NCBI RefSeq assembly: GCF_004010195.1
Contig: NC_057759.1
Coordinates: 2,845,269 to 2,909,268 of the forward strand
Origin: Chiloscyllium plagiosum
Lineage: Eukaryota
Direction: 5' to 3'
DNA: 64,000 bases
This document shows, in pieces, positions 1 to 12,800 of this stretch (within the stretch, counting starts at the first letter, position 1; each line of letters starts with the position of its first letter). The notes under the pieces are model-generated. The model searched no databases. It was not told the DNA's origin and saw nothing but the letters and a program-made list of their open reading frames with translations. The translations under genes and the position numbers were made by a program.

Positions 1-192
1 TGATTTAAGTATTTTTATGCTACTTCTATATTGTCATGTTTTGTATATTTGTTTTGAGAATTGTTGCTGTTAGGATTTCTCTCAGGACTTTGCAATTGTT
101 TTCTTCTGCACCTTTCTCCTTTCAAGTATTTTGCTTTAAAAGGGATATGTAAAAATTTTTGTAAAAGTCTTTATTTTAAAACCATGTGACAG

Positions 193-531
193 ATCAATTC
201 TCGAAACCAACAATCAAAATGCTGTCAGATTCCGGTGTCAATTCAAATAGAAAGGATGTCGTGATTTCCTGCAAAGGTGACATTCGGCCCAGAGGAGGAA
301 TATTCTTCTTGTACAACAGTTGGAGGGAAGGTTCTCGACAGGATCGTCAGGATCGTCAGGTGACTGGTCTTAAAGATACCGCAGTCTTTACTATAAATGT
401 CCATGAGCAATATTCTGCTGGAGACTAAAGTTATTGGTATCATACAAAGGTTAATGGACGTGGCGTGCTTTCCCCGTCCAGCCAATCTGTTCAAGTCACA
501 GAGAAAAGAAAGGAGGATCACGCATCAAAAG
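193..531 (+). pseudogene. Decayed Ig-domain exon of an LRC-type (LILR/OSCAR/IGSF1-like) receptor
   Basis: Acceptor cag|AT at 193 and phase-1 donor AAAG|gtaatt at 531. Translation: DQFSKPTIKMLSDSGV..KDVVISCKG..IFFLYNS..TAVFTINV..SAGD*SYWY..SPSSQSVQVTE. TAA at 426-428 replaces the Y of G-x-Y-x-C, the second Cys reads Tyr (TAT), and there is a 9-bp duplication (caggatcgt)x2. Confidence 0.75.
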
Positions 532-1139
532 GTAATTACATGTTCATATATCTCAAATCGTCCTTCTTTTCATAGATGCATGCAGGCAGTGGAAACTGCT
601 AGTTTATTTTTTTATCCAATATGACATTTACAAAAAAAAAACTGCTTAGCGATTCTTGGTGCTTTTAGGTTTAAGCCAGTCACATGCTCTCGTTTTTACT
701 TATTGAAATTGGATCAAAGATCTGAGTTTGGGTTATATGCCCCTTCTCCTAACAGTCGTCTACGTGTATGAACTGGCGGACTTCATTTTGATGCACAAAC
801 AATGCCAAATAATGCTGCCATTGTTAACTAGGATATAAAGCCTGGGTTTTGATAGAGAACTGCGTAAGTATTTTCAAAAATGATGATTCGATCATTGGTG
901 TCACAATATGAAATAAAGGTTCATCAGTTTCTTTTGAGTTGGATAGAAAAATGGAAATTTGTGAATTTATCAGAGCAGGTGGAACCTCTACATGATTATC
1001 CAACAGAGGGGAAGAAATAATTTTTAAAAATAACAATTAGTGAATTAATCATGAAATGCCTTCATCATGTGTGTAGAGATTGTGAAATTGAATGATCCCC
1101 CTCGACACCTCCCCCCCCCCCCCCCCCCCCCTTACCTTC

Positions 1140-1450
1140 CCTTACTCATTGATCCCTCCAACAAGATGGGAAGGTTTCCTCCTGCCTACCCAAATAATCA
1201 TCCTCATCATTTTATACATCTCTGTCATATAACCCCCTCCCCGTCCCCTCAATGTCCTCCCCTCTAAGGAAAACAACCCCAGCATGTCCAAACTCTCTCC
1301 ATCACTGAAACTCTCCAGTCCCCAGGGCAACATTCTGGTAAATCTCCCTCTGCACCCTCTCCCAGTACTATCATATACCTCATTGAATGTGGATTCGAAA
1401 ACTGGACGCAACCATCCCGCTGTGTGACTCAACTAACGTTTGATACAGTT
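1140..1450 (-). mobile_element. CR1-type LINE 3' fragment
   Basis: Minus-strand translation RFTRMLP..GLESFS..LGLFSLE resembles the CR1 ORF2 C-terminus. Confidence 0.8.
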
Positions 1451-2835
1451 CCAAAATAACGGACTATGATCATGGTATTAATTGATAATGTTATGTAAAA
1501 CATTTATTTGGCGATCCAAGTATCAAATTACGATTTAACTCTGTATGTAAGAATCTTTTTACTCGGAGAAGTAGTGTATCATTTGAGGTCTGCACTCCTG
1601 GCCTCAATGTAGTTTCAACATTCCTGTTGTGAGAAGCTCTTTAAGCACCATGGGAAATAGCTAATGAGCCTTCCTATGGAGCTTGTTGATTATGAGCTCC
1701 CTTGGTATCAAGCGATGTCCTACCTCTCGGTACTCATCATCTGGAACCGTTATAAAGCAGATTCAGGGGTCAGTGTACAGAGCTGTCTGTCTTGCTTTGC
1801 GACTAACCAGAGATGGTCAGGGCTCCCTTTTGATGTCCTCCAATAACAATGTCCATTCCAGTCTGTTTCCTGAAACACATGTCTATCTGTAATGATGCAT
1901 TACACGCTCGTCAATCAAAAAAAAATCATCCGACATTGACTGTCTCAAAGAAGACCAAATTACACAAATCCTGGCGGAACTTAGATAAATATCAGCACTT
2001 TCTTCACCTCAGTACCGTGGTCTTTAAGCTGGATGTCGTAGTCTAAATCTCTCACACAAGTCATGCTATCTTTTCCATTTCTACGCTGTCAAATCCTGTA
2101 AAGTCTTTGGTGCTTTGTCAGTTAATGTGACATTTGTCCCAGCTACAAAGGACATACAATGAATCCTCATGAGAAATGATGAAACCCCAAACAGCCCCAA
2201 CCACCGACTACCATACACACACTTCTTCATCCCTTGCCACCCACGTACCTACCCATGCCCACCCACCCATGCCTGCCCCCTATCAACCCCAAACAACATG
2301 CATCCACCGGCCAGCACCCCTCCCCCAATACAGGTGAACTACACCCAACCCCATCCCACCCCCATCAACTTCCCGAACCCTCTCAGACACCTCCTGTCCT
2401 CACCCCAAACACCCCCCTCCCCACCAATCCAACTCCACATGCTCCAAGTCACACTTTCTCACCACACACCCAGCTCTCTCTCCCCCAATACAGGTGCAAG
2501 AAACTCAGAGAAACATAGGTATTGATTTTCTTTGCATGATAGACTCCATTGGCTCAAGGGCCTCTACTATATTATATGTATTCTGTTCTCTATGAATCCC
2601 TTCTATTGAACAGTTGTGTCCAATCCTAAGCCTCCTTCCCTCGATGTTATGGAGAACATGATTACATTCCAACACTTTCATCTATCCCTACTTCCATAAT
2701 TCGTTGACACTCATTGTAACTGATCCAATGTAGTTCGAATCGAATTGGGTATTCCTCTGCTCCCCGATCATTTCTCTGAGCCTCTCGAGCTCACAAGCAG
2801 ACAGCGATCTAAACTGAGTTATTCTCCTTGCACAG

Positions 2836-3165
2836 AACACGATAACACTACAATGGACTTTGATTCATCTCTGTCTCAGTCTCTTCGTGCCCATTGTGAT
2901 GGTGCTGAAAATGTGTTGCTGGAAAAGCGCAGCAGGTCAGGCAGCATCCAAGGAGCAGGAGAATCGATGTTTCGGGCATGAGCCCTTCTTCAGGAATCAT
3001 GCCCGAAACGTCGATTCTCCTGCTCCTTGGATGCTGCCTGACCTGCTGCGCTTTTCCAGCAACACATTTTCAGCTCTGACCTCTAGCATCTGCAGTCCTC
3101 ACTTTCTCCCATTGTGATGGTGGTCATCATTGTCGAACATTTTACAAACGGCTTGCCACTGACAG
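2836..3165 (+). pseudogene. Decayed transmembrane exon of an activating-type receptor, interrupted by a TE
   Basis: Acceptor ttctccttgcacag| and donor ACAG|gtaaaa. Removing the 2905-3122 insert and one frameshift base gives EHDNTT-WTLIHLCLSLFVPIVMVVIIVEHFTNGLPLT, resembling the DYT..NLIR..L.....E TM of LILRA/OSCAR-type receptors. Confidence 0.65.
2905..3107. mobile_element. Short hairpin (inverted-repeat) Penelope terminal fragment with 15-bp target duplication
   Basis: Arms ctgaaaatgtgttgctggaaaagcgcagcagg.../...cctgctgcgcttttccagcaacacattttcag. TSD cccattgtgatggtg at 2890-2904 and 3108-3122. The same sequence ends the Penelope element at 60490-60584. Confidence 0.85.
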
Positions 3166-3559
3166 GTAAAATGAGCATTATTGCTTGGTTTTGAAACTTT
3201 GATGTTCCCTTACGCTTGCTTCTTTTTTCTTCCTTCGCGTGTTACCCATTACATCAGAAGGCAGTTAGCTGGGTGGCTGCTTTGCTAACGTAGAGTGATG
3301 CCAACAACATGGTTGAATCCCAACATTGACCGAGGTTACCATGAAAGATTCTCCTTCCCAACCTTATCCCTCACCTGAGGCAAAATAATCCACAGATGAA
3401 AGTGCAATCCATGCTTCCCCTTCTCCCTCTCTCACTCTCCCTCTCCCTTCCTTTCTCTCCCCTCCCCCTCAGCACTTTTCTCTCTCTCTCTCTCTGTCCC
3501 TGCCTCCCTTTCCCTCACTCTCTCTCCTTTCCTCTCTGTGTCTCCCTCTCTCTGTCCAA

Positions 3560-3965
3560 ATATCGTTTAAATATTGTACCTGCATTTACAACTTCCTTGG
3601 CAGTTCATTTCAAATATGAGCCACACTCTGTATGAAAAGGTTGCTCTCATGTCCCTTTTAAATATTTCAGCTTTTCCCTTTTACCTATGCCCTCTCATTT
3701 TGAACTCTGCTACCCTAGGAAAAGGATCTTTGCTATTCATCTGATCTATGCCTCTCATAATTTTGTAAACCTCTATAAGGCCACCCCTCAACCTCCTACG
3801 CTACAGGGAAAAAAGTCCTAGTCTATCAAGCCTCTCCTTATAACTCACACCCTCCAGTTCCAGTAACATCTTTCCAATTGTTTTCTGCACCCTTTCCAAT
3901 TTAAAAGTATTCTTCCTATAGCAGGGCAGCCAGAATTACATACAGTTCGCTAAAAGTGACATTAT
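3560..3965 (-). mobile_element. CR1-type LINE 3' fragment
   Basis: Similar to the other CR1 3' ends in the window (tctatgcctctcataattttgtaaacctctataagg). Confidence 0.7.
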
Positions 3966-4419
3966 CAACTATATAACATCAAATAAGAAGCATTTGTTTC
4001 CTCTTGGAATTTTCGAGTGTCAGATCTGCAATTGGTGTCTGTGGAAATTTTCGGAGACTGGTGTTTTCTCCTTCAACCCGTTTTCTGACCAATGTTGTTT
4101 TTTGTGAGATAACTCCATCCGAATCTTTGATTTCTCATTCCTTCGTCCCTGAATTCAGTGTTTGTACGCAATTGTTTCAGTGATTAACTCATCAGAATAT
4201 CACCACACATTTGAATATTGTTACACAATGGATTGTTGTACCCAAATGTTTTATCACGACAAATGCAATATACCCTCAAAGCAGAGGAAAACATGTTACA
4301 CAATTCAGCAACTGAACAATGAGAAGGTGTAACAGAAGGAAACGGAACCCTATAGTGCCTCTCTCTGAGAGAATTATGCAGCCAAGTTAATACCAAATTG
4401 TTAAGTAATGTGCACCAGG

Positions 4420-4775
4420 AGGTGCTGGCCTCGCGGTAATATCGCTACGGATATTAATCAATAAACTCAGCTAATGTTCTGGGCAACCTGGGTTTAACTA
4501 CCACCACATCAACTGGTGGAATTTGATTTCAATAAAATAAGAAAATCTGGAATTAAGAATTGGAATCATTACCAGTTGGCACTGGGAAGAGCTATCTGAT
4601 TCATTCCATTCAGGGAAGAAAATCTGTCATGCTTATCTGGTCTGGCTAACACGTGGCTCCAGATCCACAGCAAGGCTGATTCTCAATTCTCCTGTAAAAT
4701 GGCTTGGCAAACTAATCAGTTCAAAGGCAACCGGGGATGGGCAATAAATGCTGGACAGTCAGCGACATCCCATAT
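4420..4775 (+). mobile_element. Shark SINE-like repeat (family not named); related copies near 8980-9220, 52350-52510 and on the minus strand near 8220-8580, 24470-24790
   Basis: Recurrent motifs ggtggaatttgatttcaataaa..aatctggaatt and gggatgggcaataaatgctgg tail. Confidence 0.65.
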
Positions 4776-6309
4776 GATCATTCTCTGCAGTTAAATGCAT
4801 AACGACACCCAGATCCTTCTGTACTGAAGCACTCTGAAGATTCTTTCTGTTTAGAGAATGTCACCGTTTCAATCTTCCAACCTCACATTTAACCACATCA
4901 AACTCTGCCTGCCAAATGTTGGCCAATTCACCATTCACACCCCTCCTCAAGTAAGGGAATCAAACTTGTATACCAGAGGAGCTCTAGTGTTTGTATGTCT
5001 GGTCAAGTTCAGGTTAAAGCTGAGGAAATCCCTGTGCTTTGGTTAATGGAATAAAATCGGCACTGGTAATGTCAAGGGGTAATGGTTACATTGTCACTAA
5101 TCAGAAATGGCCTTTTTATTTGTTTATTAAATAAGTAACTGATCCCATGCATGCTGAAGTTTGGAAGTAAATAAGGAGTACCCTTTAGTTGGCAACACAT
5201 GTCCTCACCTTCCAGCTGTTATGGGTGGCTCCAGTGGTCAATTATTTTCGACCAGGCTGCTCTCTTCATTAAACGTCCTACTTCCTATTTTACTCCTGAC
5301 TGTCCATTCACCCTTTCCCTCGCAGGCATATTCTTTTCTCTACAGGCCTCAAGGTAAAGGTAGGGATGACACTTTAGAACTGAGATGACGTGACATCGCG
5401 TCAGCCTGAAGGGGTGAGGATGAATCTGGGGAACTCATTGCTGCAGAGAACTGTGGAGACCAAGTCAATGAGCGTCTTGAAGACAGAGATGGGAACATTC
5501 CCGATTGATCAGGGGATTGAGATGAATGAGGAATAGGCAAGAGAAAGGTATCTCGACCTCAATCAGCTGTGATTGAATGGTAGAGCATAATCGATGCGCT
5601 GAATGTGTTAATTCCACTACGTCCTCATGTTTCCTTCCCCAAAATAAATGGCTGTATACTGAATTTGCATATTTCAGGCATGCTTATTTGTCTTTCATTT
5701 CAAGATCATCCCGTTCTTTGAACTAACTACTCTGTGTGCACAATTAGATGGGCGCATAACCTATGGTTAATTCAGAAGATACTTTCACAATATTTGCAGG
5801 ATGTCTACAAGCTAACATCTTAACATGCATTCCATGTTATTCTGGCAATACATAACTCCTTTGTTAACCCTCCACAGGGGAGAAAAAGGATCTGACAAAA
5901 CACACTGTTCGCCTCTCCACAACAGGGCTATGATGTTCGATGTGGGAATCCACTCGCTTGTTGTTTCCAATGTGCCTTCCGAAGGTGGGTTACAACGTGT
6001 GCTTCCTGTGCTCCCTGCCAATTATTCCACAACTTTGCTTTATCCAAAGCTGGTCCCCCTCTCTCCCCCGTACACATTCATGAGCCTGTGAAGCTTCTCG
6101 TCCAATCCTGGGGTGTCACGAGGCCCATCGGCCCATTGAATCTGTACTGCCGAATGCTATTATAAAGCTACAACAGTCCCACTGCTCATCACATTAGGAA
6201 TGGACAATCAGGAATGGATAAATGTTTTCTTTGCAAGAAAAAAGCAGTTCAACGATAACATTGGTTTTAGTTACACAGGATTCTAGTACCAGCTCGAGCG
6301 AAGAATTAC

Positions 6310-8170
6310 AAGAGAGAAAGTGAGGACTGACGATGCTCGACACAGGGTCGAAAAGCGTGGTGCTTGCAAAGCACAGAAGGTCAGGCAGCATCCCAGAGTC
6401 TACGTATCGAGCATAGGTCCGTCATCAGGAATGTGTGGGTGTGTCGTTACAGGAGAGAAGGGGACTGCAAAGTATAAAGAGGGATGGAGGCATGTGTAAG
6501 TTTTTGGGAAGGTAGATGCAGGTTGGAGATGATAGTAAAAGGTTGGATTGAAGAGTGGAGCAGATAACTGGGAAGGAAGAAAGATGGACATGAAGCACAC
6601 TTCAACGTGCAGAGTTAGAGGGTTGGATCTGCAATGAGGTGCAGGGAATGGAGATTAGGAAACTAGTGAAGTCAATTTTGATGCTGTGTGGTAGAAGGTT
6701 CCGAAGGCAGAAGCTGAAGTGTTTTTCCTCCAGTCGCTGGGTGGTTTGGATTTGTTGGTGGAGGAGGACCAGGACTTGAATGTCCTTGGTAGCGTGGGAA
6801 AGGGAGTTGAAGTGTTCGGCCACAGGGCGATGGGGTTGTTTGGTACATGAGTTCCAGAGATGTCCCCTGAAATATTACACGAGTTGGCATCAAGTGCAAT
6901 GGACGCAGTAGATGAGGTGCTTGGATGTGCAGGGAACCCTCTACCATATGTGATAAGATCCTTTGGAATCCTGGAAAAAGTTGAAGGAGGAGTTGGGATG
7001 TAGTTTATACACATCTTGCAGTCGCAGAGGAAGATGTCAAATGTTAAGAGTGCATTGGTGGGGACCGTGGACCTAACAAGGGAGTCATGGAGGAAATGGT
7101 GTCTGTGGATCAGAGGATGATATGGAAGGGGAGGTTGCTGTCCTTGAAATAGGAAGCTGTCTGGGATGTCCTGGAGTGGAATTGTTCCTCCTAGGAGCAG
7201 GTACGGCAGAGGCAGAGGAATTGGGAGTGAGGGATTGTGTTTTGACAGGGGTAGGGGATAGGAAGAGGAGTAGTCCAGGTAGCGGTGGGAGTCAGTGAGT
7301 TTGAAGTAGATGTCCATGTTGAGTCTGCTGCCGGAAATATAGACGCAGAGGTCTAGCAACGGAGAGCGATGTGCCTGGGATTGAGCAGAGGGTGGAAAGC
7401 ATTCGCAAAGTTGAAGAACTGTTCAATCTGCTCGTGGGAGCCCGAGGTGGCACCAAAACAGTCATCAATGTAGCAGAGGAAAAGGTGAAATGGTGCTAAT
7501 GTAACTGCGGAAGATGGACTGTTCGATGTATCCAACGAAGAGGCTGTCAGACCTGGTTTCCACGCGGGTGCCCACGGCTGCACCTTTAGTCTGAAGGAAA
7601 TGGGAGGACTCAAAGGAGAATTTGTTGAGAGTGAGGACCAGTTCCACCAATGAAATGAGAGTGTCAGTGGAAGGGCACTGGTTGGGTCGGTGTGAGAGGA
7701 TGGAAGGGAGAGCTTGGAGTTCTTCACCACCACGAATGGACAGATATTGGGACTGGAATCCCATGATGAAGATGAGTCATTGGATGACGGGGAAACGATA
7801 GCTTGGGTGCAGGGTGTGGGTGGTGTACCGAATGCAGGTGGAAGTTCCTGAACAAAGAGGTACAGGACGATATCAAGGTATGAGGACATACGTTCGGCGG
7901 GGTAGGAGCAGGTGGAGATGATGGATCGACCATTTCAATCATGTTTGTGAATTTTGGGTAAGAGATAAAACCTGGCGGTGCTGGGTTCCCGAACTATGCA
8001 GCTGGAGGCTGTGGATGTGAGATCCCCTGAGACTATGGATGGTCTGGGAGATGATGGTTTGGTAATGGGGCGGGGGGGGGGAGGTCATGGTGAAAGGCGC
8101 ATTAGGAGGAGGCATTCGTGAGTTGGCACACTAGGCATCAGCAGTGCAGAGGTCAGTGTGCCAAACTACC
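6310..8170 (-). mobile_element. Degraded Penelope-like retroelement (RT + GIY-YIG region)
   Basis: Frameshifted ORFs TDTLISLVELVLTLNKFSF..QTKGAAVGT, FLCYIDDCFG, DIYFKLTDSHRYLDYSS, VAEHFNS..RLEEKH. Terminal repeat at 6310-6430. Confidence 0.9.
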
Positions 8171-9220
8171 ACTAAATTACAAGAGCCAACCAATCACTTG
8201 CATTCAGCAAAACAAGCAAATTTTAAAAATTTACTTGTGGGACATGAAAATCACAGGCTGGCCAGCATTTAGTATCTATTCCTAGTTGCCTTTGAGGAGG
8301 GGTGAGAATGGATTCAATTCCATTTCAGAGAACAGTTGAGAGTCAGAAACATTATATGTGACTCCTGAGCCACATATAGACTGAAAACAGGTAAGGACAT
8401 TAGTGAATCAGATGGGTTCTTATAACAATTGTGCATGATCATGCAATCATCTTAAATGTTCTTTATTACTCCAGATTTATACTGAGTTCAAATTTTACTA
8501 TATACTATAGTGAGATTTCCATCCACATCCTCAGACCATTAACCTGGATGTTCTAGCCGAGCAACATTAACTCAATACCACTGTGTCAATAAATGACTAC
8601 AGCCAAGTTCAATCCATTCAACATAAAAGTTAAGTGCATTCTCAAAAACAGTTTTGATTTCTGGGTATGAGCATCATTTCTCGATGAGGAGTCGGATCGA
8701 AGTATCATGCTTCAACTGATTGTGACTAAAACCACGAGAGATCACAGAATGATTGGATGGGCAGATTCACCCAGCGCCGCATTTCTCCTGTTGAATTCTG
8801 TTTCTTCATAGTCATCTCATTCATGATCAGTTCATTCTTTTCTGGTGGTTTTCAGGATTTTTCTTCAGGAAGAGGAGTGAATGGTTTGATGACTAAAACG
8901 TTGTGTGCAATGGCTACGTCATTGAGCATGCTTGATGTGCAGCCAAAGTTGAATATTGACTCCTGGCTTATTCCCAACAGAGGTGACGTCTCACTTGGCT
9001 ATTAATCCAGATAATGACCCGGATTCAAATCCTGCCATGGCAGACAGCAGGATCTGATTTCAAATAAAATAAAGCCTGAAATTAAGAGTTTAATGACGAT
9101 CATTGTAGAAAAACCTCATCTGGTTCACTAATGTCCTTCAGGGAAAGACATTTCCCATCCTTACCTGGCGTGGTCTCTACGTGACTCCAGACCCACAGCA
9201 ATGTGGCTGACCCTTAACTG

Positions 9221-9645
9221 NNNNNNNNNNNNNNNNNNNNNNNNNNNNNNNNNNNNNNNNNNNNNNNNNNNNNNNNNNNNNNNNNNNNNNNNNNNNNNNN
9301 NNNNNNNNNNNNNNNNNNNNNNNNNNNNNNNNNNNNNNNNNNNNNNNNNNNNNNNNNNNNNNNNNNNNNNNNNNNNNNNNNNNNNNNNNNNNNNNNNNNN
9401 NNNNNNNNNNNNNNNNNNNNNNNNNNNNNNNNNNNNNNNNNNNNNNNNNNNNNNNNNNNNNNNNNNNNNNNNNNNNNNNNNNNNNNNNNNNNNNNNNNNN
9501 NNNNNNNNNNNNNNNNNNNNNNNNNNNNNNNNNNNNNNNNNNNNNNNNNNNNNNNNNNNNNNNNNNNNNNNNNNNNNNNNNNNNNNNNNNNNNNNNNNNN
9601 NNNNNNNNNNNNNNNNNNNNNNNNNNNNNNNNNNNNNNNNNNNNN
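9221..9645. other. Assembly gap (425 N)
   Basis: Run of N. Confidence 1.
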
Positions 9646-9649
9646 GTTT

Positions 9650-9680
9650 ACGTTTCGGGTCCAGTGACACTTCGTCAGAA
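9650..9680 (-). ncRNA. Minimal hammerhead ribozyme core in a Penelope terminal repeat
   Basis: Reverse complement reads CTGACGA agtgtcactggaccc GAAACGTA. Confidence 0.5.
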
Positions 9681-9962
9681 CTGACGATAGTGAGGTAAAG
9701 GTGTGGCATATATGCTGGAGAAAGTATTGGGGGCGGTGGGTAGGGTGGGAAGGAGTGAATGAGAGGTAGAGTGGGGGCCCAGCAAGAGAGAAAAGCATTC
9801 GGGCAGACAAAGGAGTGGGAGAGTGAATGGCTGCTCATGGGGACTGCCAGTAGTTGCCAACAGGTTGTTTGTAGTAACAGCCCATGTGATAAAAAGGGGT
9901 GGTGTGTGGGGTTATGTTAAGGACATTGGTGTAAGGAATACTTACACTGTGTCTGCAAAAAT

Positions 9963-10270
9963 CACCAGGCTTCCAGTTGCCTGCCTTTTCAGCACCCCAC
10001 TGTTCCAAGACAGCCAAAAGTTCCATCTCGGGATCGTGCTGCTGGCTCAGCACAAGGTGGAAGCTCAGCACAAGCTGAAAAAACAGCGTCTCACTTTCTG
10101 CTTGCGGACCCTGCAGCACCAGGCTTCCAGTTGCCTGCCTTTTCAGCACCCCACTGTTCCAAGACAGCCAAAAGTTCCATCTCGGGATCGTGCTGCTGGC
10201 TCAGCACAAGGTGGAAGCTCAGCACAAGCTGAAAAAACAGCGTCTCACTTTCTGCTTGCAGACCCTGCAG
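9963..10270 (+). repeat. Tandem duplication, 2 x 154 bp, of a Penelope-derived segment
   Basis: Units start caccaggcttccag at 9963 and 10117; one mismatch noticed. Confidence 0.9.
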
Positions 10271-10497
10271 CTGTCCAGACTCAATGTCAAGTTCAAAAAT
10301 GTTAAGTCCTGAGCACTTCCTCCATGTGTCCTTATTCCAGTCCCCACACCTCATGGTCAGAAGAATTGTCACTGGACCCAAATCATTAACTCTGCTTTCT
10401 GTCCAAAAATGTAGCCTGACCTGTTGTGTTTCTCCACCAATTTTTGATTTTGTTGCGGATTCAGAGCATCTTTGTCTTTTTTTCTAATTTTAAAACT

Positions 10498-11658
10498 AAA
10501 ATCAATCCATCTGTCTGGCTGTCCAAGGCAGTGACTGAGCAAAAAACAAACATGAGATTCCAAATGAGATGAGAAGCAGAGAGAAAGACCGATAATTGGA
10601 GATAGAGACAGGGAGAGACAGAAAGGAGCAGATCCAGTTTAAACGAAATGCACATGAGGAATAAAGAAATCATACCCACTCTTCCACAACTCTTGATGAA
10701 CTTTCACAATCCCGCTACCCACTGGGGGCACGGCCCTGTGCTGGCTGCTTCCCCGTGACGGATTGTGTGTGAATACCTGTGGCTCTGTGTGTGTTTCTGT
10801 GTGCGTGTGCGTGCGCGCGAGCCTGACGGGAATGCAAAAGTATTGGAACTGAGATTGATCATGTTCACACACACACAGCAGGCACAATATTTCTTACTGA
10901 AAACAACCAATGATGGAAATCACAGCAGGTCAGACACTATCCACGGAGACTTGGCAAGCTAAAGCTTTGACTGCAGATGACACCTCATCAGAGCTGGAGA
11001 TGTGTGGAGGCACTGGGTATAGAGTGCTGGTGCAGAAAAGATGTTTGTAGTTCAGATTAAGTGATTCAAAAATCAATCCATCTGTCTGGCTGTCCAAGGC
11101 AGTGACTGAGCAAAAAACAAACATGAGATTCCAAATGAGATGAGAAGCAGAGAGAAAGACCGATCATTGGAGATAGAGACAGGGAGAGACAGAAAGGAGC
11201 AGATCCAGTTTAAGCGAAATGTTCATGAGGAATAAAGAAATCATACCCACTCTTCCACAACTCTTGATGAACTCTCACAATCCCGCTACCCACTGGGGGC
11301 ACGGCCCTGTGCTGGCTGCTTCCCCGTGACTGATTGTGTGTGAATGCCTGTGGCTCTGTGTGTGTGTTTCTGCGTGCATGTGTCTGTGTGTGTATGTGTG
11401 CGTGAGCCTGACGGGAATGCAAAAGTATTGGAACTGAGATTGATCATGTTCACAGACACACAGTAGGCACAATATTTCTTACTGAAAAAAACCAATGATG
11501 GAAATCACAGCAGGTCAGACACTACCCACGGAGACTTGGCAAGCTAATGCTTTGACTGTAGATGACACCTCATCAGAGCTGGAGATGTGGAGGGCTGTGG
11601 AGGCACTGGGTATAGAGTGCTGGTGGAGAAAAGATGTTTGTAGTTCAGATTAAGTGAT
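10498..11658 (+). repeat. Tandem duplication with ~571-bp period
   Basis: atcaatccatctgtctggctgtcc at 10501 and 11072. The copies differ by substitutions and in (TG)n tract length. Confidence 0.9.
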
Positions 11659-11859
11659 TGAAATGTGAGAATGGCATAACAATGGTATGTCAAAGAGTGT
11701 GTTGCTGGAAAAGCACAGCAAGTCAGGCAGCATCGGAGGAGCGGGAAAGCCGATATTTTGAACATAAGCTCTTCATCAAGAATGGTATGTCTCATGTGAC
11801 GGTATGTCCTTGGCATTTTTCTTTTCACAGAAATTATAAAAGCAGCAGTTCCGGAAAAG

Positions 11860-12394
11860 TCTAGATTTAAAGGGCACTGCGGCCAATTTGATTACAACCA
11901 GCAGATACTGCCTCAGGCAAATCGATTTCAATTTTTAAAATAAAAGCACTTGTACAATGGAAAGGGAGTGACTAGTTCTCCCAGCTAATCTTATCTCTGG
12001 CTTGGTTTGGTTTTAGCAAGCAGTGTGGACGCAAAGAAGCAGGTCTATGCCGATCCATATCACCCACCCCACCACCAACCACCACCGCCCCCACTCCCGC
12101 CCCCTCCCCACCTCAACATCTCTCCTGTGAGAACCGGTGTTTGAATATATCTTTCGTGCCAAGGGATATATGTGACAATTGTTGCAAGTATTTGGAACAT
12201 CATTAAGTTGGGGCAACCTTGTGTTTCATTTGATAATCTTGTAAATAAAGTCTGTTTTGTTTAAAACTAAGTGTTTTTATCAGCTGTATCACCCCTGGAA
12301 TATCCGCTACACACCTGCTTAAAACACGTAGCAAAGTTAGGGTCTGGGCTACTTTCTTGAAATGTTTCGATGGGGTCTAGCCTGGCTTGTAACA
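11860..12394 (+). mobile_element. Solo-LTR-like repeat
   Basis: Ends ...cctggcttgtaaca (CA terminus) and contains AATAAA. A homologous inverted copy is at 39237-39660. Confidence 0.55.
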
Positions 12395-12479
12395 CTCCTG
12401 CCAGACTTGAAAGGACAGTGTCCTCACTGGACTGGCGGGGTTGGGGTGGGTGGTGAAAGGGGAGAGAGGAAGTGATAAC

Positions 12480-12800
12480 ATAATGTAACAAGCCAAAGGG
12501 AAGGAATCGTTGACAGTTTGAAGGTGTTGAGCTCAATATTAAGTCCAGAAGGCTGTAAAGTGCCTAGTCTGAAGATGAGATGCTGTTGCTTCAGTTTACA
12601 CTGTGATTCACTGGAACACTGCAGCATGCTGGGGGCAGACACATCGACATGCGAGCAGGACGCTGTGTTAAAATGACTGGATGCAGAAAGAGTGGGAACC
12701 TGCTTGCGCACACAATGGAGGTGTTCTGTAAAGCGGCCACTCTGTCTGTGTTTGGCTTCGCCAATCTACAGTGGGTCACACTGGGTGCAGCAAATTCAAT
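12480..12800 (-). mobile_element. Penelope GIY-YIG end fragment
   Basis: Minus-strand SHFN..CKLKQQHLIFRLGTLQPSGLNIELN. Confidence 0.8.

Noticed and set aside
2169..2525. Pro/His-rich ORFs
   Set aside because: Low-complexity C/A-rich sequence.
9161..9838. Long ORFs spanning N-runs (also at 13147-13798 and 35563-36318)
   Set aside because: Artefacts of assembly gaps.
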